DNA of 34,069 nucleotides from a virus (lineage: Duplodnaviria; Caudoviricetes). The translations under genes were made by a program, and so were the position numbers. The notes under the pieces are model-generated. The model was not told where the DNA came from and ran no database searches. It saw only the letters and a list, made by a program, of their open reading frames with translations. The DNA lies in the IMG/VR virus record IMGVR_UViG_3300032155_000022, positions 1 through 34,069 of that record; one strand, 5' to 3'. Of the stretch, positions 25,914-33,923 are shown in pieces (position 1 is the first letter of the stretch; every line of letters starts with the position of its first letter).

Positions 25914-26440
25914 GCTTTGTATCCAAGATTGCCGACTTTTTCAGCGGCGGCATTGTTTCCACCATTGCGGACACGGTGAAGGACTACTTTCCCCCGTCCA
26001 TGAGCGAGGGAGAGAAAGCGGCACTGGCGACGCGGATCCGCGAGGCGGAGCACAGGCGCGAGGTACAGCTGATGCAGCTGGCGGTGGAAGCAGACAAGGA
26101 AGTGACCCGGCGCGCGGCCGAGTTGGAAGGCACAGCGGCCGACCTGAAAACTCTGCCGGTGGTGGGGCGTTTGATCATCTTTGTTCGCGGATGCCAGCGC
26201 CCGTTATGGGGTCTGTTCACCATGTACATGGACTGGCAGGTGTTCAGCGGAGGGTGGCAGATTGAACTGTCTGCAGAACATGGCTGGACCCCGCACGGTC
26301 TCGCGTTCTGGACCGTTAACCTGCTGGTTCTGGGCTTCCTTTTCGGGGAACGCACCGTGCGCAATCTGCTGCCGCTGGTGACGCAGTTCATGGGGACGCG
26401 GGCGACAGCCAGAGAAACGGCCGGACCGGCAAAGGGCTAA
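25910..26440 (+). CDS. Holin-like membrane protein (3TM/GTA-holin-like)
   Basis: Coiled N-terminus, RP-TM...LLVLGFLFGERT; adjacent to the endolysin. Confidence 0.65.
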   Translation: MSFVSKIADFFSGGIVSTIADTVKDYFPPSMSEGEKAALATRIREAEHRREVQLMQLAVEADKEVTRRAAELEGTAADLKTLPVVGRLIIFVRGCQRPLWGLFTMYMDWQVFSGGWQIELSAEHGWTPHGLAFWTVNLLVLGFLFGERTVRNLLPLVTQFMGTRATARETAGPAKG

Positions 26441-26441
26441 C

Positions 26442-26702
26442 ATGGATATTTCTGACGCGTTTGTCTTTTTTGCCCGGTTTATCTGGCCGCCGCTGCTGGC
26501 GTGGAACATCTATCTGCACCGCGAGATACAGAAGAGTAACGCCGATATTCAGAAGGGCAAAGACGCCATTGGCGCTCTGCGGCTGCATGTGGCGGAAAAT
26601 TACGCAGGCAAGAAGGATTTGGAAAAGATGTTCTCTGACTTTGAACAGCGGATCGACAAGCGCATCGACCAGCTGGTGAAAACCCTGTGCGCAACAAAGT
26701 GA
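26442..26702 (+). CDS. Single-TM + coiled-coil lysis-cassette protein
   Basis: N-terminal TM, LHVAENYA motif, coiled coil. Confidence 0.65.
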   Translation: MDISDAFVFFARFIWPPLLAWNIYLHREIQKSNADIQKGKDAIGALRLHVAENYAGKKDLEKMFSDFEQRIDKRIDQLVKTLCATK

Positions 26703-26710
26703 GGCAGACC

Positions 26711-26980
26711 ATGGACGCCAGAATCGTTTTGAACATCAAAGGGCAGAACGTGACCTTTGCTCCCACGCCGGAGATCTACAACGACTACATCAACGCCATG
26801 CAGGTTAACAACAAGGTGGCCCCCAGCCACAACTTTGTGATGCGCTGCGCAGTTGCTGACGACAAAGACCGCGTGCGTGATCTGCTTGCCCTGCCCGGTG
26901 CCTCCGTACAGATAGCCGGAGCCATTGTGGAACAGTACGCGCCCGACCTGAACATTATGGTGGGGGAGTGCAGCGCCTAG
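26711..26980 (+). CDS. Tail assembly chaperone (HP1-type)
   Basis: YNDYINAM..NNKVAPSHNF, LPGASVQI; upstream of the tape measure. Confidence 0.8.
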   Translation: MDARIVLNIKGQNVTFAPTPEIYNDYINAMQVNNKVAPSHNFVMRCAVADDKDRVRDLLALPGASVQIAGAIVEQYAPDLNIMVGECSA

Positions 26981-27156
26981 CCGAGGGGATGGAGCGTAAC
27001 CCCATGGCCCGCATGGCCATGCTGGTGCGCAAGTGGTTTCCCGGACAGGCGGTAACGGAGCAGTCCATGGCAGAGGCCATGGTGCTGGAGAAGGACTACT
27101 GGGAGAAAATGGCCGTGGCCGTGACCTGCGGCGTGACCAAGGCCTTTAACGGCTAA
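26968..27156 (+). CDS. Tail chaperone extension (likely -1 frameshift product)
   Basis: -1 frame relative to the chaperone, begins at GGGGGAG (26962-26968); ends AV..GV.KAFNG as in HP1-like phages. Confidence 0.7.
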   Translation: MQRLAEGMERNPMARMAMLVRKWFPGQAVTEQSMAEAMVLEKDYWEKMAVAVTCGVTKAFNG

Positions 27157-27169
27157 GGGGCAAGGGCAC

Positions 27170-28957
27170 ATGAGTACCAAGCTGGAAAAACTGACGTTCT
27201 CCATTGACCTGCTGACCAAGGGCGTCACCGGCAAGGTAGGCGAGGTGCAGCGGTCGCTGGATGCTGTGGCCAACTATGCGCAGGATACTTTCCGGCAGAT
27301 TGCGTGGGGTGCTGCGGGCATATGGGGTGCCGGGAAGAGCATGGCCAATATGCTGGCACCGGCACGCGAAATGAACAGGGCGCTCATGGAGGTGGCAAGC
27401 CTTGATGTGGAGCCCAAGGCACTGCAGACCCTGAACCGGGAAGCGCTTGCCTTATCCATTCGGTTCGGCACCTCCGCTTCTGCCGTTGCCTCTTCCGCCT
27501 ACGATATTCAGTCGTCCATTGCGGGCCTTTCCGGTGACGAACTGGCCCGCTTTACTGTTTCGTCCAACGTGCTGGCCAAGGCCACCAAGGCGGATGCCGC
27601 CACCATAACCAGTTATGTGGGCACCATGTACGGCATCTTCAAGCAGCAGGCCACGGCCATGGGGAAGGGTGCGTGGGTGGAACAGCTCTCCGGGCAGACC
27701 GCCACGGCGGTGCAGATGTTCAAGACCACCGGGCAGGAGATGAGCAGTGCCTTTACCTCGCTGGGTGCCAACGCGACAGCTGCAGGCATTCATGCTGAGG
27801 AGCAGATGGCCGTTTTGGGCACGTTGCAGTCCACCATGAGCGGCTCCGAGGCGGGCACCAAGTACAAGGCGTTTCTTTCCGGCATTGGCAACGCGCAGAA
27901 ATCGTTGGGGCTGTCCTTTACTGATTCCAACGGCAACATGCTGGGCATGATGGATATTCTGGGCAAGCTCAAGGGTAAGTTCGGTGACACGCTGGATGTG
28001 GCGGAGTCTGATGCTCTGAAGAAGGCCTTCGGCTCCGACGAGGCGGTGTCGCTTATCAAGCTGCTCATGGCGGATACGGACGGGCTGGGCGCGTCCATTG
28101 AGCAGCTGGGCAAGGTAAAGGGCATGGACAAGGCCACAACCATGGCAGGCAAGATGGTGGATCCGTTCGACCGGGCATCTGCCGGGGTGAATGCGCTTGT
28201 TGCCGTTGTCGGGCAGGCCTTGCTTCCGTCCATCCATCCGCTTGTGGACGGTTTTTCGGATGTTACCACCACCATGCTGCGCTGGTCGCAGATGTTCCCC
28301 GATCTGACCCGCTGGGTGGGGTACGGGATAACTGCCATTCTTGGATTTGGCGCTGTGCTGGGGCTGGCTTCCATTGCCAGCGGGGTGGCGCGCATATCCA
28401 TGTTCGGGCTCAGTGTTGTGATGGGACCGATAACGGGCACGCTGGGCCTTATGCGCAAGGCATGGGCGCTGTATGCCGGATCCCAGTGGGTGGCCAACAT
28501 GGCCATGTGGGGATTTCCCGGTACGTGGATAGTTGCTGCGCTGGTGGCGCTGGTCGCTGCCGTGGGCGCGGCAGTCTATTGGTGGGATGACCTTAAGGCC
28601 GCGTTCCTGGACACCAGTTGGGGGCAGGCCATCATAGGCGTGATTGAGCAGGTGGTTGCCGCGTTCAAGTGGTACTTCGACCAGTTGGGCACGGCGTGGA
28701 ACTGGATCACGGATAAAATGCACGCGGTGGCCGGATTCCTGGGCATGGGGTCCGGCTCCGGCGAGGTACAGGCGCCGGCCATGCTGGATGCGCCGCGCAG
28801 CGCGTCTGTGCCTTCAGGCGGCGTAACGCAGTCCATATCCAGCGCCATGACCAGGAACAGCAGCAACAGCCGCACTATTCAGCAGGTGAACATTACCACC
28901 AGCAAGGAACTGGATGCCCAGAGCGTTAACGACATGCTGTACATGGCAGCGGGGTAA
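27170..28957 (+). CDS. Tail tape measure protein
   Basis: SAYDIQSSIAGL, AVQMFKTTG, MSGSEAGTKYKAF, YWWDDLKA; 595 aa. Confidence 0.93.
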   Translation: MSTKLEKLTFSIDLLTKGVTGKVGEVQRSLDAVANYAQDTFRQIAWGAAGIWGAGKSMANMLAPAREMNRALMEVASLDVEPKALQTLNREALALSIRFGTSASAVASSAYDIQSSIAGLSGDELARFTVSSNVLAKATKADAATITSYVGTMYGIFKQQATAMGKGAWVEQLSGQTATAVQMFKTTGQEMSSAFTSLGANATAAGIHAEEQMAVLGTLQSTMSGSEAGTKYKAFLSGIGNAQKSLGLSFTDSNGNMLGMMDILGKLKGKFGDTLDVAESDALKKAFGSDEAVSLIKLLMADTDGLGASIEQLGKVKGMDKATTMAGKMVDPFDRASAGVNALVAVVGQALLPSIHPLVDGFSDVTTTMLRWSQMFPDLTRWVGYGITAILGFGAVLGLASIASGVARISMFGLSVVMGPITGTLGLMRKAWALYAGSQWVANMAMWGFPGTWIVAALVALVAAVGAAVYWWDDLKAAFLDTSWGQAIIGVIEQVVAAFKWYFDQLGTAWNWITDKMHAVAGFLGMGSGSGEVQAPAMLDAPRSASVPSGGVTQSISSAMTRNSSNSRTIQQVNITTSKELDAQSVNDMLYMAAG

Positions 28958-28960
28958 CGC

Positions 28961-29299
28961 ATGAGCAACGGCAAGTACATCGACATACTCATATCCGGCG
29001 ACGACATTGCACTGGATGCGGGCGGAATGCCCGTTGCTGTGGCAGACCGTGATTCCATTGCGCAGGACATTGTTCACATGATCCGCGAAACCGGATTGCT
29101 GGTGCAACTGGTGGGCAACCGCGATGCGCGCACCAAGGCCCGCAACCTGATGCTGCTTACGCTGGAAGTGGACAGGGACGAACGCATTATCCCCGGCACC
29201 ACGGAGATTGAGGAGGTGGGGCTGGGGCAGTTCAACCTGACGGCGCAGACGCGCGAATTCGGCAGCATAGCGCTGTCGCTGGAGGCGGAGGCAAAATGA
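28961..29299 (+). CDS. Baseplate protein (DUF2590-like)
   Basis: YIDILI, DRDSIAQDIVH.I.E.GL, DERIIPGT, AQTREFG. Confidence 0.85.
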   Translation: MSNGKYIDILISGDDIALDAGGMPVAVADRDSIAQDIVHMIRETGLLVQLVGNRDARTKARNLMLLTLEVDRDERIIPGTTEIEEVGLGQFNLTAQTREFGSIALSLEAEAK

Positions 29300-29312
29300 G
29301 ACGAGAGAAAGG

Positions 29313-29516
29313 CTACTTGCTTTTCGCAGGCGTTATCAACCGCGCGTTTGTCCAAAAAGCATCGTCCAACAGCGGGTTGTCCGGATCGCTTTGCGCGTTG
29401 GCGGTCAATTCGGCATCGGAAAAAGCCCTGGCCCGCTTGCTGTCGGTCAGAGGCTGCATGGCGCGGATTTCTTCCAGGCTGTACGGGCCGGCTTCCGGTA
29501 CTGCTGCTTTGGTCAT
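29313..29516 (-). pseudogene. Truncated BrnA-type antitoxin remnant
   Basis: AQSDPDNPLLDDAFWTNARL resembles BrnA N-terminal regions; stops at KSK* where the ribbon-helix-helix domain would start. Confidence 0.5.
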
Positions 29517-29528
29517 GGGCTTTTTCCG

Positions 29529-29831
29529 CTATGCGTTGGCGGTCTTGATAGGCTCCACGGAACGCCATCCCGTGTTGGTATGGGATACTTCCCACAGTGT
29601 GTACGTTTGCTGCATGCCGAGCCAGATTTCCGGGGTGGTGTCCAGCGCACGCGAAAGGCGCAGCGCGATATCCGGCGTGATGGGTGCCCGCTCGTTCACA
29701 ATGGCGGAAAGCGTCTTGCGGGATATGCCGAGCCGTTCCGCAAGCGCGGTGATGGTTATGCCCAGCGGCTCCATGTGCATTCTGTACAGGATTCCGCCTG
29801 GGTGCGTGGGCTTTCTGGTGCGTGTACGCAT
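29529..29831 (-). CDS. higA: HigA-family antitoxin (XRE HTH)
   Basis: PTHPGGIL, LAERLGISRKTLS, ITPDIALRLSRAL.TTPE.WL.MQ. Confidence 0.93.
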   Translation of the reverse strand: MRTRTRKPTHPGGILYRMHMEPLGITITALAERLGISRKTLSAIVNERAPITPDIALRLSRALDTTPEIWLGMQQTYTLWEVSHTNTGWRSVEPIKTANA

Positions 29832-29841
29832 GGGATTCCTC

Positions 29842-30120
29842 CTAATGGTAGTCCTGATAGTTCACGATATGGGCATCGCCGCCTTCGAACCGGAAGGTAA
29901 TCCGCCAGTTGCCGGAAACCTTGACCGCCCAGTGTTCGGCGAGGTTGCCTTTCAGCGGATGCAGGTCGGAGCCGGGGTATCCCATGTCCTTTATTTCTCG
30001 CGCATGGTCCAGCCTATCCAGAATGTCCAGCAGCTTGCGCACGTGCTTTTGCTGAACACCTTTGGTGGTGCCGTCATAGAACAGATCCTCAAGACCCTTG
30101 TGTGCGAAGCTCCGTATCAT
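29842..30120 (-). CDS. higB: HigB-family (RelE-like) toxin
   Basis: MIRSFAHKGL, LHPLKG, VSGNWRITFRF, DYH C-terminus; toxin-first order. Confidence 0.93.
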   Translation of the reverse strand: MIRSFAHKGLEDLFYDGTTKGVQQKHVRKLLDILDRLDHAREIKDMGYPGSDLHPLKGNLAEHWAVKVSGNWRITFRFEGGDAHIVNYQDYH

Positions 30121-30126
30121 GCGCAA

Positions 30127-30156
30127 AGTGTAACCATTTGGGTTACACCAAGTCAA
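30127..30156 (-). promoter_or_regulatory. higBA promoter with palindromic operator
   Basis: TTGACT-N18-TACACT on minus strand; perfect IR GTGTAACC-N5-GGTTACAC (30128-30148). Confidence 0.75.
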
Positions 30157-30192
30157 GGGGGTAAGTGTGATTCATCCTGTGCCGCCATCCCC

Positions 30193-30245
30193 TTGACACC
30201 CCGCCCCTATTCCGCACATACTGCGCGCACTAAAATCACTACGGC
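30193..30245 (+). promoter_or_regulatory. Promoter and upstream a1/b1 target of C4 module 2
   Basis: TTGACA-N18-CATACT (30193-30222); CACTAAAA-T-CACTACGGC (30228-30245), whose last 9 nt are complementary to 30382-30390. Confidence 0.65.
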
Positions 30246-30344
30246 TGGTCCCGGCCTTGACGGGCGCTTTTTATTTGCTCTTTACAATTCAATATCTTGC
30301 GAAACTGACGGGAGAGGTGCGACTAACACCCTTCCCGATAGTAT

Positions 30345-30413
30345 GAGCACCGAGAATCCTCATGTGGCGACGCATGGGGGCGCCGTAGTGGGCGTTAGTA
30401 ATTCTCGGTGCTC
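30345..30413 (+). ncRNA. C4/P4-CI-like antisense RNA (module 2)
   Basis: Perfect 13-bp closing stem GAGCACCGAGAAT/ATTCTCGGTGCTC, GCGA-tetraloop arm, CGCC-GTAGTG-GGCG arm, TTAGT bulge; 13/15 complementarity to 30439-30453 next to the SD. Confidence 0.72.
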
Positions 30414-30464
30414 TTTTGTTTTTGGAGCGTCGGAAAACACTAAAACCCACTACAGGAGTTTTTC

Positions 30465-30818
30465 ATGACCAGTTCCCACCTTGCCACCCGTTTGTACACC
30501 GTTGCCAGTTCCCTGAAAGGCCTTGCCACGCTGATGGACGATGCCAACGATTCGCCTATTGCACCCCTCATCCGCCTGATAGGCGAAGAGGTGGAAAGCT
30601 GCGCCGAAGAGTCGGAGGATTACGTTAGTGAGGTGGAACTTGATCGCTTGATTCACCTGCGCCCTTATTCCGAGGAATGGTATGCCCAGTTCGGCGAGGA
30701 TACGGGCGGTGATGATGAAAATCCTTCTTCTCCCGATGGCTCTGAAGGGGATGGGCACGGAAGCCCAAGGAGCGATGACGAGGACGACAAGGACAATGAG
30801 GAGGGCAGTCATGAGTAG
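30465..30818 (+). CDS. Highly acidic protein (117 aa), paralog of 14728-14943
   Basis: AGGAG SD; about 32 D/E vs 7 K/R; stop overlaps the baseplate J start. Confidence 0.75.
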   Translation: MTSSHLATRLYTVASSLKGLATLMDDANDSPIAPLIRLIGEEVESCAEESEDYVSEVELDRLIHLRPYSEEWYAQFGEDTGGDDENPSSPDGSEGDGHGSPRSDDEDDKDNEEGSHE

Positions 30819-31992
30819 CGAAACCGAAAAGCTGTTTACCCGTATGTTGACCGAAGCGGGTATGCCCACAACGGCAAGCGCCATGCAGGCGCGGTGGGAT
30901 GCGATAAACACCGCACAGGGCACGCAGATTACCAACAGCAGCAAGTGGAGCCCGTTCTGGCGTCTCATATCCGCCATTGTTACCGAGCCTATGAAGGCGC
31001 TGGTATCCGCCCTGGTAAGCACCATACTGCCCCAGACCTTTCTGAAAACGGCATCCGGTGCGTGGCTGGACATATACGCATGGGGCGTGGACCTGACGCG
31101 CAAAAGCGCTGTGGCCGCTCAGGGCGTGATTACCTTCACGCGCACCAACAGCGCCGGGGTGCTGGTTATTCCTGCCGGAACGGTGGTGGAGAGCCCTTCC
31201 ATTAACGGGCACGTGTACCGCCTGCAGGTAACCACAACCACCACCATACCGGACAAGCAGCTCGCGGCTATCGTGCCGGTGCAGGCGGCAGCGACCGGTA
31301 CAGCCTACAATCTGGGGCCGAACTATTACTCCATACTGCCGCAGCCCATTTCCGGCATTGCCTCCGTAACCAACAGTGAGGAATGGCTGGCCGTGCCCGG
31401 AGCGGACGAGGAAACGGACGAGGAGCTGCGCCTGCGCTGCCGTAACCAGTTTTCCGCCGTGGGGCAGTACCACCACGATGCTGCGTACACGGCGGATATA
31501 GCCACCTTTGCGGGCATACGCACGGACTACATCGTGTTTGAGCATGACGCCCCACGCGGGCCGGGAAGTGCAAACGCGTACATCATGATTGATTCCGGCC
31601 CCGCTCCGCAGGAGTTTGTGGACACCATCAACGCCCACATCCGCGATGCGGGCAACCACGGGCACGGCGACGACATGCTGTGCTTCCCCATGCCCGTGCT
31701 GGGCGTGGACCTGACCGTAACGGTGCACCCTGTGCCCAACCTTGCGGCGGAGAAGGTTGCGGCGCTGATGCAGGGCGTGGAAGAGCGCATCCGTTCCGCC
31801 TTTCGCGAGAGCACGGACTACGACATGACGCGCACGTGGCCCCACAGCCGTTTTTCCCTGTCTGTGCTCGCGGACGAGCTGCACGCGCAGCTGCCGGATC
31901 TGGCCTCCGTGGAGTTTGGCCGGGGCGACATTGTGGCCACGCTGGAGCTACCCATGCTGGGCAGCCTGAATGTTGTTGGCGGAGGCGCGTAA
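30811..31992 (+). CDS. Baseplate J/gp47-family protein
   Basis: N.SKWSPFWRL, PGADEETDEELRLR, APRGPGSANAYI, NHGHGDD. Confidence 0.92.
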   Translation: MSSETEKLFTRMLTEAGMPTTASAMQARWDAINTAQGTQITNSSKWSPFWRLISAIVTEPMKALVSALVSTILPQTFLKTASGAWLDIYAWGVDLTRKSAVAAQGVITFTRTNSAGVLVIPAGTVVESPSINGHVYRLQVTTTTTIPDKQLAAIVPVQAAATGTAYNLGPNYYSILPQPISGIASVTNSEEWLAVPGADEETDEELRLRCRNQFSAVGQYHHDAAYTADIATFAGIRTDYIVFEHDAPRGPGSANAYIMIDSGPAPQEFVDTINAHIRDAGNHGHGDDMLCFPMPVLGVDLTVTVHPVPNLAAEKVAALMQGVEERIRSAFRESTDYDMTRTWPHSRFSLSVLADELHAQLPDLASVEFGRGDIVATLELPMLGSLNVVGGGA

Positions 31993-32577
31993 ATGGCCGT
32001 GAACATCTCGCTGCCGTTTTGGATGGCCAAGGGCGAACTGGATAAGCTGCGCCTGTCCGCAGAGGCATGGTGGGCGCAGGTGCTGGAGTGGGCAGCGTGG
32101 CCTGTACGCCAGCTGGACACCGACACCTGCGACGAGCTGGTGCTGGATATGGTGGCATGGCAGCGCGACATCGCCCGGTTCGATGGTGAACCGCTCAGCC
32201 TGTACCGCAAGCGTATCAAATATGCCTACGCCAACGCACGCGACGCGGGCAGCGTGGCCGGATTCAAGCGCATATTCCAGCGGCTGGGCATCGGCTACGT
32301 GGAGATTGAGGAGCGCATGCCCGGCATTGACTGGGATATTGTGGATATCCAGCTCACGGACTCCCAACTGGCGGAGAATCAGGCACTGCTCACCGTACTT
32401 ATACAGCACTACGGGCGGACCTGCAGGCGCTACCGCTGGAAGATCATCACGCCCCTGCCCGTCTCCATGCGGGTGGTGGAGTTCGGCAACGAGTACGTCG
32501 CGGAACTGGCAAAGGTGCCTCCGTGCATGATCCGGGTTGGATCCGTGGATTTTGGCAATGACTACGCGACACTGTAA
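31993..32577 (+). CDS. Phage tail/baseplate protein (P2 gpI-like)
   Basis: LPFWM, AWQRDI.RF.GEPL.LYRKR, DAGSVAG, YGRTCRRY. Confidence 0.88.
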   Translation: MAVNISLPFWMAKGELDKLRLSAEAWWAQVLEWAAWPVRQLDTDTCDELVLDMVAWQRDIARFDGEPLSLYRKRIKYAYANARDAGSVAGFKRIFQRLGIGYVEIEERMPGIDWDIVDIQLTDSQLAENQALLTVLIQHYGRTCRRYRWKIITPLPVSMRVVEFGNEYVAELAKVPPCMIRVGSVDFGNDYATL

Positions 32578-32591
32578 CAAGTGAGGAATAG

Positions 32592-33923
32592 ATGGCTACC
32601 GCAATAACCTTTGCAGGCGAAAGTCTGATAGCCAGCAAGCAGGCTGCCGGGCTGCCGCTTGTGCTGGATACCTTTGTGCTGGCGCTTGTGCCTGGGCAGG
32701 ATCCGAATGTTGCTGTGGACCGCAGCGAAGGCATGCCGAATGCAGGCACCATTGTGCACACCTATGCCATTCCGGAAGAGTACCGGGGGTTCGTGAACCC
32801 CAATCAGGTGGTGTATTCCATGCTGCTGGGATCCGACCTTGGCGATTTCACGTTCAACTGGCTGGGGCTGTACTCCAGCGCGGATGATGTGGTGGTGGCC
32901 ATCTCGCACCTGCCGGAGATTGCCAAGTGGAAAACGGACCTTGGCACCAACACGGCAGGCAATAACCTGACCCGCAATATGCTGCTGGAGTTCTCCGGCG
33001 CTCAGGCTGCAACCGGCATCATCATTCAGGCGGCAACGTGGCAGATTGATTTCACCGCCCGGCTGCGTGGCATAGACGAGCGCGAGCGCACGAGCAACCG
33101 CGACATATACGGGCGCGCCCTGTTCTGGGGCGATGCCTGCAAGGTGAGCAACGATGGCGCGCTGACCCTGCAGCCGGGCACGGCGTACATTGAGGGCATA
33201 CCCGTTCGGTATACCGTGGAGCAGCCCGTGCAGGCCGGGGCGGTGGTCAGCAAGGATGTGTGGCTGGATGTGAGCCTGCAGGCGCAGGGATCTGATGTTG
33301 TGGCCGTTGTGGTGCCCGTGGTGGTGGATACCGGCACGGCGCAGGCGGACTACACGGACGGGGCGAACGCCCGGCACTACCTTGTGCAGATTGCCGCCAT
33401 TGATGCGGGCGGCGTGGTGACGGATATGCGGACCGCGCTGGGAGTGCAGGCCATTGCCGACAACGTGGTGGCGTGGATAGCAGGACGCACAGCGGCGGAT
33501 ATGGGGGCGGCGGAAGCCGAGCACGTCCACCTCACCGAAGAGATTGTGGATCTTCTCCCTGATCCCCACGAATGGCTGCGTGGCCAGCGCTATCCCGTAT
33601 CCACGCTCACCGCCGTTGACGCCGCTGTAACGTGGGACATGGCTGCCAATCCCGTGGGCATGATCACGCTGACCGATGCTATGACAACGATTACCCTGGC
33701 AAACGCGCAGCCTGGTGCAACCTATGAACTGACCGTGAGACAGGACGCGACCGGGGGGCGGTCCGTCGCGTTTCCGGCATCGGTCCTCTGGCCCGGCGGC
33801 ACAGCGCTGGCTGTGACGCAGGACGCCAACGCGGAAGACCTGATTATGTTCTCGGTGCGCGGCACTGTTGAAGAGCCCATTGTCAGAGGCTTTGCCGCAC
33901 TGGCCATGCAGGCGGTGGTGTAA
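32592..33923 (+). CDS. Tail fibre protein with collar N-terminal domain
   Basis: VNPNQVVYS, GDFTFNWLGL, TWQIDFTARL N-terminus; C-terminal VRQDATGGRSVAFP..V.WPGG module. Confidence 0.85.
   Translation: MATAITFAGESLIASKQAAGLPLVLDTFVLALVPGQDPNVAVDRSEGMPNAGTIVHTYAIPEEYRGFVNPNQVVYSMLLGSDLGDFTFNWLGLYSSADDVVVAISHLPEIAKWKTDLGTNTAGNNLTRNMLLEFSGAQAATGIIIQAATWQIDFTARLRGIDERERTSNRDIYGRALFWGDACKVSNDGALTLQPGTAYIEGIPVRYTVEQPVQAGAVVSKDVWLDVSLQAQGSDVVAVVVPVVVDTGTAQADYTDGANARHYLVQIAAIDAGGVVTDMRTALGVQAIADNVVAWIAGRTAADMGAAEAEHVHLTEEIVDLLPDPHEWLRGQRYPVSTLTAVDAAVTWDMAANPVGMITLTDAMTTITLANAQPGATYELTVRQDATGGRSVAFPASVLWPGGTALAVTQDANAEDLIMFSVRGTVEEPIVRGFAALAMQAVV

Noticed and set aside
29296-30468. 390-aa plus-strand ORF
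   Set aside because: Antisense shadow of higB/higA that also crosses promoters and the ncRNA; no recognisable motifs. Its ATG is probably the relic J start.
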